Below are positions 13,068-24,769 of a stretch of DNA of 64,000 nucleotides, one piece after another. The notes under the pieces were generated by a model that ran no database searches, was not told the DNA's origin, and saw only the letters and a program-made list of their open reading frames with translations. The stretch spans positions 30,628,001 through 30,692,000 of the forward strand of contig NW_026889758.1 of NCBI RefSeq assembly GCF_033153115.1. The letters run 5' to 3'. Within the stretch, counting starts at the first letter, position 1. Each line of letters begins with the position of its first letter. Origin of the DNA: Saccostrea echinata. Its lineage: Eukaryota. A program made the position numbers and the translations under genes.

Positions 13068-16000
13068 CTATACAATTGGCTGGCATGTCCCAAAACCGGT
13101 GTGTGTCATGATTTCTTCTACTTGGTGAAGGGCACCTGCTATTGAACCCGCCGCAGATAAATGGAATGGTTGGCAATTGTGACCTTCGACAAAACATAGC
13201 ATTTCTATAATATACTTATATATCCAAGAAATGTGTAAAAAAAGTATTTGTTATTTTCAATATTTTTCATTATGTTATTCATTTACAAAAAATTGAAATG
13301 AGATTATATAACACTTAACCAACAGTCAAATTCATTTAATGGTGCAAAAGGTAGACCGTGCATTCTTAATTTGATGGTAGCGTTAAAGGAAATGTGTATC
13401 GCTGACCTTAGACAGGGAACTGTGATGCAGATAAAGAATGTATATAAAAAAAAAAAAGGTATTTCTAGTATATACATTTTATAGTTACAGAGCGAACACG
13501 TGTCTCATTGCCTTGAGTGAAGTCAAGGTTACAGTATGCAGTGAGTATTTGGATGTAAAAGTTGAGGGTCATATAGGATACCCAACATCTGGGTGTAGAC
13601 TTGATCTTACTTTTTTTGCTGTTTTGGGTTCCAAATTGATTTATTACATGATAAATTAAAATAAAACTGTATAAATTTATTTCAGGAACTTCATCATGTT
13701 ATTGCACTGTATTTTAATAAAGATATTAAAGTACAGATTTGGTGAGAATGAAAAAAATTCTGGTTCGATATGAAAATTTCGTAATAAATATGCATTTTAG
13801 CAATAATTAGGCCTGCAGAACTGTTTTACAGATTTCTAAGACTAATTTTTTGAGTATCCTATGTCCTTAACAGTCCAGGTAGCACGAAGACTGTAAGTTT
13901 GTATGTGTGTCATTTAGTTTGGTAGCTCAGGTAGTGCGGAGAAGATCACTATTTAGAGATCTCTGCGAGCTCTTACGACAACGCCTGGGAGAAGAGAAAA
14001 TTGATTTTTTTACTTCCCAAGTTACTTCTGGACCCACAATCCTTTACAAATTGCTTCTCGTCACAAACTGCGTTCTCGTATCAACAACAAAAGTTCACCC
14101 CAAAGCCACCTTGTTGTAATGGATATTGCAGTTAGTATATTAAACGTTTTTGAATGTTGAAGAGTTAAGTTTTGTTGTGGACTTTCTTCTATTATCTACT
14201 TAGTAATAAATAAAAGGCTCTCACCCCAACGGTCGCATCGTAAACACAGCGGTACAAAGTGAGTAGACATGTAACACAAAGAATGCTTATATGGTTATAC
14301 TTTGTTTTAACCCTTCCCCCATTCTGGCTAATAAACAGTTCAAAGGTAACAGAATAGCGAATAAGTTGGGAGGATGTAATTTCGGATTTACAAGTATGGT
14401 TATTATTGACAAAACAACAGAAATGAAATATATGGAGATAACGAACAGTATTCAAGCTCAAAAATCCATTAAACATTACAAAATAGGTGAATAGCAAACA
14501 CGGACCTCCAAAACATCAGAGGTGGGATCAGGTGCCATGGAGGAGTGAGCATCCCCTGCCGACCGGTCACACCCGCCGTGTGCTCTTTGTCATGATCGGG
14601 AAATAACGGAAAAATTCGTCGACAATTCAGTGTGTAAATAATGGCTTAACAATTAGTATGAAAAACGTCAGTCAGCATTTGACTCAATGATAAATTGTAT
14701 TTGCTGACAAGGTCATTGTATCGACCATAGAACTAACGAAATGATGACTTTAAAACGAGACTGCTGATATTCTTGTTTCATCAACTTGTTTGTCAATAAT
14801 TTACCTCGTTTTAGAAATTTTACATACGTAGAGCATGCTCTTGCGTATCGAATCAGCTGAGAGATATAAACCCCGTATGCAGGTGATGAAGGTATATTGC
14901 TGCATAAGTAAGGTAAGTTGACGATTGAAATGTTAAAGTCATCAGGTTTATCATAAAGCTTGGTGGTTAGATTAACATTAACGTCTTTTTCAAGTAAAAT
15001 ATCCAAATATGAAACAGATGTGTCAGAAAACGTTTCTAGAAACTTTGCTATTGCAAACAATAGTATATGTCATCCGGAATTCACCCCAAAACTGTAGTAT
15101 TGGAGTTGAAAGCAGAGAAATTTTGCAGTTTGAATATATGTAGAGGAAAAATATCAAATCAAATGATATTTTGACGTTGTTGTTTTCAGAGCAACACAGC
15201 AAGAAAAAAGTGTCCAAACGATACCAATGTTTTGCTGTTGCAGAAATAAGTTTGACTTGCAATTGATGAAAAGAATAAGCCTTTTACATTTCAAAAGAAT
15301 TAGCCGGGAAGTTACTGAGAAAGGTGAGATTTAAAATTTTCATATTTTCTCTGTTTCCGTGGCAATGGTGGCCATTAAGAAAATTTTAAATGATACATAC
15401 AAAATTAGACTTGGTGATTATTCATACATGTGACCTGTGATTGTCGAGGCCATCTTCGAGAACTTCTGCAGCCAAAATGATAGGTGGAATAATAACTTTA
15501 TGTCCCCCTGACTTCAGTTGGGGTAGCGAGAATTTTAGCATTGGATTGTTTACCTAGGCACAATGCATAATAGTACAGCGAGTGTATCACTGACTTGGAG
15601 ATCGATTTCCTTTAGTGTTTCCTAAAGGTGAGTAGATATGTATATTATTTACCCGGTGCACAATTACAATGATACAGATGATGTGAATGGCCAGGGAGAT
15701 GACAAGGTTGGGTGGCGTTCTGATAGGCAGAGCAGTATTTCCCGTGGTAATCTGTAACACAGCAATGTGTGGCGGGACAATCACTGTTTGATGCACATTC
15801 ATCTCTCAGAGCACCCTACAGTTTAAAGAAAAATCAAAATATATCATGTTGAGAAAATATAAAAATAGAATATACAGATTGTACTTTGTGGACCTACAAA
15901 AATTAATTCAAATGAATCTAAGCTATGGAGTTTGGTGCGGAGGGAATGACAACAAACTTAATTTTAATTCAAATAAGTAATTCAGCTTTTGGAAATAAAT

Positions 16001-16202
16001 TTTCGACTTATCCGCAACAGTTAGTAGGTTCCACAACCGTACTAGTTGTGGTAGTTCAACTACCATAGAAGTTGTGTAATTGTTGAAAAACAAAACATTC
16101 TTTCCAAAAACATAACTTATAATGAAAAAGTAATCAGATGCATTGACTTACCAAAGCAATAAGTGACACTGTACATAACATTAGACCTGTAAGTAAGTAC
16201 AT
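13068..16202 (-). CDS. Small secreted His-rich, Cys-rich protein with colipase/prokineticin (AVIT/astakine-like) cysteine spacing, ~116-119 aa
   Basis: Exons 16202-16152 (MYLLTGLMLCTVSLIAL|gtaagt), an optional microexon 15893-15885 (VHK), 15815-15653 (GALRDECASNSDCPATHCCVTDYHGKYCSAYQNATQPCHLPGHSHHLYHCNCAP) and 13204-13068 (EMLCFVEGHNCQPFHLSAAGSIAGALHQVEEIMTHTGFGTCQPIV*). Introns are GT-AG and phases match. ATTAAA lies just downstream of the stop. Confidence 0.82.
14423..15027 (-). mobile_element. Penelope-like retroelement 3' fragment (RT C-terminus + conserved 3' tail; Naiad-like arrangement)
   Basis: ORF 14713-15060 reads SYLDILL..KLYDKPDDFN..NIPSSPAYGVYISQLIRYARACS. The RT ends just before the shared tail GCACCTGATCCCACCTCTG. 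It lies in an intron of the Cys-rich gene. Confidence 0.85.
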
Positions 16203-16974
16203 CTTGTGTTCTTGCCTAGTCTGAAAATAGTGCTTGTGTGGTTGATTCTACAGATCATGTATATTCTTATCAATAGAACCTTAATAGTTTCCAAATTTCT
16301 ATGCGTAACTGCCCAATGATAAGCATTTGAAATGTACTCTGTCTTATTTAAGATCTATACATGGAATTTTTACTCGAATTTTTGTCCAACCGAAAATCCT
16401 ATTCAATAAAAAAGGATATAATAACAGTAAAAAAGTAACTTGAAACGTTAGTCATAACTGACATGAGGGTATAATTTAATCAAAAGATTAACTTAGGTTC
16501 AGGTAGTATCCAAATGTCCTTCGGTGAGGGTCTTTTAAGTAAACTTAATTTAGCACTCTGGGGGGAAAAAGACAGTCACTCAAAATCTGTTTATTTCACA
16601 CGGTGACAATCTAAGGAAAGAAGTTAAAATGTAGACCGCTGCCTGCAATTTACCTGAAGATCTAAATCTGTACTTATTTCTTTACTATGTTAAGGGCTGG
16701 ATAGATGTATGCTGTTTTTCACAAGATTTTTACTTTGTTTCCTAAAATTTAATCTTTTAATTATTAATTCTAAACAATTTTTATATTTAGTTTATATTTT
16801 CTTGGCCACAGACATAAAATCTCGTCTGATATATTGTAAATTTTGAACTTGGTTGGGAGTGAATTCCAAATTATTCAAAGCGGCATTTCACATTGTTCTT
16901 TGAATCTTCAAAACATAAGCATATATTTTACAACTACTTTGAATGGTAGTTCCCCTAACAAAAAATACTATTGT

Positions 16975-17240
16975 AAACTATAGTTAACTATATTTCACTA
17001 TTGTTCATTATATTTAACTATAGTAAATCAAAGTTTCAAAGTTATCACTTTAGTAAATCAAAGTTTTCATAGTGTCAAAGTTATCACTATAGTAAATCAA
17101 AGTTTTCATAGTGATCACTATAGCAAAATCAAGTTTTCATATTGTTAAAGTTATCACTATAGTAAATCAAAGTTTTCATAGTGAACACTATAGTAAATCA
17201 AAGTGACAACGTTTACACTATGGCAAATCAAAGTTTCGAA
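16975..17240. repeat. Minisatellite (~30-40 bp unit ACTATAGTAAATCAAAGTTTTCATAGTG)
   Basis: About 7 degenerate tandem copies are visible. Confidence 0.85.
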
Positions 17241-17484
17241 GTCAGCATTATATTTTATAAAGGTTTTAGATATGAAGCCTCTAGAAATTAAAAGTTTAAA
17301 ATTTATTACTACAGTATATAATTTTCTGTGATTACATTAGAAGTTATTTAATTTCACAATATTGGTATTATCCAGTTTTGCAGGTTATCTAAATTCACAA
17401 AAGATATCTATTGATGCCTTCTATTTCAAATAATCCCATGCAATTTGCATGTAATTCCTTTTTTGCATTCAATTTACTTTTTAA

Positions 17485-17972
17485 GGTCAAGATCTAGTAA
17501 ATAACTTTAGACTGTCTTTTTGGTGCTAGATCCATTATGACGCCATAATCAATTTTAACTTTATTTTTCACGTACTTTACGGCGCTAATAGAATTATGTA
17601 GAAAATAAATTACTTTCATGGAATTCAATTTGAAATCATGTGAAAATTAATCCCGATACCTATATTCAATTTGATTTTATTTCAAAGAAGAGGCTAAGAA
17701 CACACAAATTACCATTTTCTGAGAGACTGTAGGCAATCTGGATTCCTTCCATTTGTCTGATATGGAAAAACTCCCATATTCGTGACTGTTTTTTTTTTTT
17801 TATTTTTCATTGAAAATGACAGTTTAAAATATGATTTTTCGTCTCGTTTATCTACAAATTATGCCCCGATACACCTTATTTGACCAAGCTATAGTTATAA
17901 AGTATCATTAAAGGAATTTATTTCTCAAATTTGAGAAATCTGTAGGCTCCTTTCATTTAGTAGATCTTGACC
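17485..17972. mobile_element. Non-autonomous DNA transposon with TTAA target duplication (Kolobok-like)
   Basis: TTAA|GGTCAAGATCTAGTAAAT ... ATTTAGTAGATCTTGACC|TTAA: 18-bp TIR with 1 mismatch and GG..CC termini. Confidence 0.8.
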
Positions 17973-18013
17973 TTAAGACAATTTGAAACAGTTTAGAAAT
18001 CAAAAGATAATGA

Positions 18014-18018
<5 letters not shown>

Positions 18019-18080
<62 letters not shown>

Positions 18081-18082
18081 TG
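18019..18082. repeat. (TTA)n/(TTTA)n microsatellite
   Basis: Seen directly. Confidence 0.95.
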
Positions 18083-21000
18083 TATTTAGAAGAGAACAAA
18101 ACAGATTTTTGAGGAACGAGTCGTCAGGGCTATACATTTTATTATTAATTTTCTTAAAATAATATTCAGTAGAAATGTATGCAGTCTTTCAACTTTGAAC
18201 CCATAGAAGTGTGGGTATGGAATCATCTTAATGGGTAATAACTGTAATTATTATATTTGCTTTTGGCTATTCCCGGGAATCAGATTTATCAAGTTTTCCC
18301 TTTATATGCAGATTTAAGCCTTTAGTTAAATTTTGGAATTGACCAGCTGGAAATCAACAGGCAACATCAGTTTCAGAGAACATTTCTAAAATGTCACTTT
18401 CTTCATTGAAGATTGAAATCTGGTTGAAAATCATCCATTCAAACTTCATGTATTTTTTATTGTACATGTTGCAGATAAAATGTATATGTTGTATTCGAGT
18501 GTGACTTGCAATCTTGGAAATGTTTAAATGCATTGAAAGTGAACGTAGTTCCTCATGTATTTTCATACGCCGTGCCATGGATAAAAGTGTATCATAGGAA
18601 AATGAATGTTTTAGATTTTTAATGCTTTTTAGTGAAGAAGAATACACTGATTATAAATATCTCACAATATACAACAAAGAAAGTGCAATTGAAGTAAAGT
18701 AGTTGAATTGTAGAAATTCCAGAACTAGTAGAATCGTGTGAATTGTTCACCAGATATACTTGGAAGAGAGTCACAGAGATTGTAACAGATTGAGGTTACA
18801 CTTTTGGAGTGGAGCAACTGAAAAATTATCATTCAAATGAGAATGATGAAATTAGTAGTGTTCTCAAGATATAAAAGACAAAAAGAAAATTTTGAAACAC
18901 ACAAAACTTCTTACCTGTACAACTCCGTCACTCCAGTATTCTAATCAGCAAACTCCCCCAATCATATTGTAACGGACAGTACGTAAGGAACTTATACAAC
19001 ACCGCAAGTGAGCTTGCTTTCCTAATGATACTATAGGGTCTCCCTTGATTTCAGGCAAGTTAAGCCTCGACGAGCGTGTGGGTGACAGTTTGGCGTTAAA
19101 TTGGTGGCAGCGTAGTGATGTTTCGTGACCTGCTTAAGGAAGCTCTATAGGGTTAAGACTTCCAAATTCTTTTCTGACCAGACCTGCAGCTACGAATGTT
19201 GTATGCATGGCCGTTTCTGAAGAGACCCCAGGCACCCAGAAAGGACACATGCTAAGTGGGGAAGGGTACAGCGGACAGTACATATGGAACTTATACTGCC
19301 TCGCTAGTGAGTTAGCTTTTCTAGTGATGCGTCAGAGTCTCCGTCGATTGCAGGCACGTTAAGCTGTGTTGAGTCTATAGCTTGGATGTGTACGCCTCAC
19401 GTTTCATGTTTCATAAGACTAGGGCCTGAGATAGAGTCATGACTTAAGAGATGAATCATGTTTTTTCTTTGATCCAGGTATCAAAGAACAAATGGACGGA
19501 AAACTTCCTTCATCAATACTACGCGCATTGATGAAAAAAAAATTTCGACAATTTCTCCTTTGATTGCTCAATCAAAGGAAAAAAAATTGTAAGATTTATT
19601 TCTTACCGTGTAATACTTATCTTTCAATGATGAGATTCAGCAAGAAAACGTATGAATACCCGACAGAAGTTCCAACTTAAAATAATATTTGGCCTAAATA
19701 TTCATACACGGTTTAATTAATACATAACAAACAACGTTCACAAAATGTATTACCAGCTGTTTGTTACAATTACGCAAAAATTACTTACCGGATATAGTTA
19801 TAACTTTTTGTTATAACTCCTTGGATATGTAATGTACTTCAAATATTTCTCGGTGAGCTTAGTAAATGTAAAGGGAAGCTACACATGTACTTCAAATTAC
19901 TCTGATAACTTCTTTCTCGGTCACAGAATTTTAGATTTTTTTTGCGAACCCTCATACATTTTAAGTATTATAAACATATCACATTCTGTGCATGAATAAC
20001 ATTTGGATGTAAAATCTGTTAGAGTCTCATTGCCAGTTATTTAACACTCTCACGCAATGTCGTTTTTCTGTGAGTGCATTTCCAGAGAATAGCATTGACG
20101 GCATTTCCCAGCTTTGGTAGTAGAAAAAAAGCTCATAAATTCTTTTCTTCATATCGGTTATCTTAAAAAACAATAATTTCACATTCTATATAATGATTAA
20201 TTCCTTTCTTTCCCGTGCAATGTTGTCATGCAAACGAGTTCCGATTGTTTAGCAAAGGGGAATAATTCGAAGAGAAACAAATGTAGAAAATAACTCTGGA
20301 ACGTACCGGAAAAGTTTTGAAACAGATTAAAGATCTTTTTGTAGTTCATTATGTTAACGGTTCACATGTTGATTTGTTCATTTGTTAAACACTTATTGTA
20401 CTAACATACCCCATGTGGGGGCTTTAGTGAAAATAAAAGTTTCAAAGTTTCAAAAAGGTTAAAAAATATTTCACTTTTTCTTTCAAAAAATACTCTGAAA
20501 ATCGTTATATGCAACATTTTGATATTATGTTATCAAAAAATGTAGTTCCGGCTAAATTGTGAAAAGTTTGTTGATGCAGGTATCAAAGGATTTATTTTTA
20601 CAATCAGAATCGCCGATTTCTCATCAATCTAATAAATATTAAATGATTTAGGAACTGAATGTTTTATTATTATTATTATTATTTTTTTTTTTTTTTTTGA
20701 TTGAAGTATCAAAGGAAACTTAGATGAAAAACTTCAGCAATGTTTGAAGCATTTGTTGAAAAAAAAATCCGACAATTATTCCTTTGATACCTTGATCAAA
20801 GAAAAAAAAAATGTAAAATTTACATTTTTATTGTGTATCATTCAATGATGAGATTCGGCAAGAAAACGTATGAATGTCCAACAGAAGATCCAACTTTAAA
20901 TAATGTTTGACCTAAATATTCATACGCGGAGTAATACAATCTGATTGTGTAACAAAAGGGGATAATTCGAAGAAAAAATATTTCAGGAGTTTTAAAATTC

Positions 21001-21582
21001 AGGAAAATAACGTATCTCCTTTCTCTTTCAAAAAGTAATATGTAAAGTCGGCCATATGTATATTAAAAATTGTGATTCCGGCAGACTTATAAAACCTATC
21101 AGAAAAGCTGATGATTCCGGCAGATTTGTAAAACCTATCAGAAATGCTTATTTCTCATCATTCTGATAAATATTAAATGATTAAAGGATCACCATGTATT
21201 TGGGGTAAGAAACGTACGTAAGTCTTCATAACATTCGTTAACGCCATCTTTTATCAACAACAATAAGAATACATTTAAAAAGACAACAAATATTTAAAAT
21301 GAAAAAAAAACTCAATGGTCTTCACATTTCATAAAATAATAGTTTGATTTATATCTTAATATTGATATTAAACAAAAAATATTAAATTAAAAATCTCTGA
21401 TCATCAAATAAAATATCTCAATATTACTAAGTATATTTTACAATCGCTTCTCGCATTCTGCTATGCGGATTATCCATAGAACAAGTCGCTATTGACACTA
21501 ACACATGAAGTAAAAGCATAGCTATGACACAGATAACTGATGAACATTACAATATCCCTGATTTTCAGTGAACACTTAACGA

Positions 21583-23910
21583 TTAATGGCGACACACAAT
21601 GACTGGTATGGAGGAATGGTGGACCACATAATCGCTCACACTTCCCATGACTGTCCGTCTGATCTTTCCCAATCCACGAGAGGCGATAATTATCATAGTT
21701 ACGCCTAGTTCTTCAGACTTTTTGACTATCTGTTCACCAGGATTTCCGTGAGCACGTATAACGTTCCCTTGAACCTAAAATAAAACATTATAATAGACAT
21801 TTCCATGGAACAGTATGGATTTGGCTGTGCTTAAAAAAATTATTTGAGTAGCAAATGTGGTGTTTGTGATTACATTTTTTGATTTTCAATATACATTCTT
21901 TCTTACATTGCCTGTTTGGAAATTAAAAATCTGCAATACTAAGAAATAAAACAAAAAAACAATATATGGTGAAGATAGCATGAAACACACGCATGCGAAA
22001 AATCAATAGAGTTTACTATCAGACCAGTATGGTAGTCATGTTTTAGAAAACAATGATACCCCTGCGTCCATTAATATTGCATCTAGTTTCTTGATTTGCA
22101 CTTTAGCCCTTTCTTCTTCCTCGTTATATGCCTTGTGAACAACTTTGGGGTCTACAGGCATCCAAGCAGCTTTAAGAGAAAGACAGGAAAAATTAATCAA
22201 CTTTCAAAATATCCAGAATACCAGAAAATATGAGGAGAAAAACAGAACTGAAATGTATTTGTTATGAAAGTCTATGGGATGCATATCTCATGTGTACATT
22301 TGAACTTGTATACTATATAATACAAGAACATTCTTTGGAAATTTCATGGCATCTCTAGTTCTCTATGCATTACGCTAGATGTGGAAATATTAAATATTAA
22401 GGTACTAAAAAGTTCATATTGCAAAAAAATTCTGAAATAGTTTAGCTAAACATCGCTGATTAAACCTTATCAGTTTTTTAAGAGTTTGAATAAATCTTAT
22501 GAAAAAGAACAGCGTAGATGATTCGACAGAGGGAAAATAAATCTTGATATAATGAGTATCTGATATCCTGTAGACAAAGTGTAATTGAAGTTAATCAATG
22601 TTTCATCTGGGTAGAGGTTATCAAACCTCACGATAGCATTACAGCGTACACGTACAGATCTTGGCTAACCCTACATTTATCATAACACTGTATTTTCTTA
22701 CCTTTTTAACCCTACAAATTCCCAGTTGCACTTAAAATCATCTATCAAAGTTTCAAAGCAGAAAATATGTTTGTAATTTTTCATAACCAAGTGTTTATTG
22801 TCAATTATGCATTCCCAGTGCATGATATCAGTTCCTTCCTGGTAATTTTACCCAGGCAGCTAAAGCTCATGTAATCATTGATGTTTCTTTAGACGTTGTA
22901 GCTTAAGCATAAAAAGATGTGGGGGTTTTTTTGTTTACATCTCATACGTTCAGGTTATGCGCATATTTTAGACTTCTTTTAAATTGTTCTTTACGTTCTA
23001 TTGAATTTTGTATGTATGGAGGAAGAAGGAAATAATTCGCTCAACAACAACATGCAAATGAGTCGAATTCAAGGGATACAGTTACGAGTAGGAAAAGGAT
23101 TAGAATATAGAAAAAAACAACATTATATTACATATTTCTTTAACTGATCGAAAGACAGTTTTCCCAATATATAATACATGTAATGTTACTTCCTTGCGAA
23201 TTCTTAACTTTTTTTCCTTCACATTATTAGGTCTTAAATAACCATGAAGGTTGAAAGTGAGGAAATTGTTATAGATTATTTTTTGTGATGCTATTCTCAT
23301 TAAAAAGTGAGACATTTTACATTGTGTTCTGTCCTTTTGTGATGCTTTTCTGTAATTCCCTATATCTCTATAATATTATACGTCTACTCACATCCATATG
23401 CCATTGAGTTTCTGTGATCAGTGACGTGAACTACAATGATCTCATCATCTTTCCGGTACATACTTTTGACAAACCCTAAAACAAACAATCAATATAGAAA
23501 AAAGCTGTATTTATTATTATTCCAAGCTTTTATCTGAAGTATACTTATTTATAAGTGTCATTTGTTTAACGTAGTTTTTTTTCCAAAGACAATTCATTTA
23601 TTTTCAACCACAAAAAAAAACAAAAACAAAACAAAACATTCATTCACTAGTTTTAAACACAATTCTTCTTTAAATACATTTTTATATGCACTGTATATTG
23701 TACTGAATTTTATCAAAACTTTACTCACATGATGTAGCCCGTTATGTCACTGATTTTCTCATTTATTATCACGATGCAGAAAAGCAAGAGAAATTTTCCT
23801 GTTTGGAAATCGATAGTAACTGACAAATACATACATTTCATTGCTCCCTCCGAGTATTCACTCCCGTCCATTGCAATCATCACTTTTCGCTTGTTACTTT
23901 TGTCCGCCAT
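21583..23910 (-). CDS. Universal stress protein (UspA domain) copy 1, 153 aa
   Basis: Exons 23910-23835, 23475-23392, 22169-22060 and 21774-21583 (76/84/110/192 nt, GT-AG). Protein reads KVMIAMDGSEYS..IIVVHV..HGNPGEQIVKKSEELGVTMIIIASRGLGKIRRTVMGSVSDYVVHHSSIPVIVCRH*. Confidence 0.95.
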
Positions 23911-24769
23911 TGCGCTTGTTTCGTAGTACTATGTGTGGAGCAGGAAAAGATTAGATAAATTTTAATTTGTTGACTTGTATAGCTAAAGAACTTCACTACA
24001 CTAAGGCCACGCTTGTCACGTAATACTTATGGAACGCCACATAAGCATATATTTAATTGAATTTACTGAAGAAGCGTCTGCGAAAAAAATCTTTTGAACT
24101 CAGACTTTATGTTTCATGAAGATAAAGTGACGTCATGCTTAAACACTCTTGTAACTCATTTATATTTCAAATGTGTCACATTTCAAAATGAATAATGTAT
24201 TTAAATAGCTTAAAACCTACAAACCCTTGGGATCGTCTAATATTTTGGAGGATTGAGGAAACTAGTTAGTCATGCATAGCAATATCTTCCGTTTTATTTG
24301 AATAATAATTGTCTTCCGGTGAAAATTGTACATGTATCATTATCCATGCTTAAAAGTCTTATTTTTAAACTGGCATATAGAAACATATATCGGTCTCTCT
24401 TTTCAAATAATTTCACTTATTCATTATTTATAAACATATGAATTAGTCAACGAATTTTGAACTGATTAATAGTTCAAGATATATTGCATGGTGTCACGCT
24501 AATGATTTCTAACAAATCACATTTTTCATGAAACCGATAGTCACGACCTTTTAACCAAATTTTTGCAGCTTTTTTACATGCAAATTTCCGTAATTAGAAT
24601 AAAGTACTCAGCAAACTGTGACACATATGTACACTTATCGTGATTGGTGTACATGCACCTACATTAGATATACATGTATACACGAGGATAAAAGGACATT
24701 TTTGTAGAAGTTTTTCATGCAATTAAAAGCCTTTTGTAATGGAAATCAAAGACCTATAGAGTGAACGCA

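Noticed and set aside
13953-13984. Alternative last exon GVVVRARRDL* for the Cys-rich gene (good acceptor at 13985)
   Set aside because: It would drop the final cysteines needed for the fold, whereas the 13204 exon completes the pattern. It cannot be excluded as a minor isoform.
12895-15802. Track ORFs 12895-13197 and 15587-15802 as proteins
   Set aside because: They are in the wrong frames. The same DNA encodes the Cys-rich gene exons in another frame.
18968-19768. Solo LTR TGTAAC...GTTACA
   Set aside because: There is no matching target duplication (ATAT vs ATTA), and the right part belongs to a separate local duplication.
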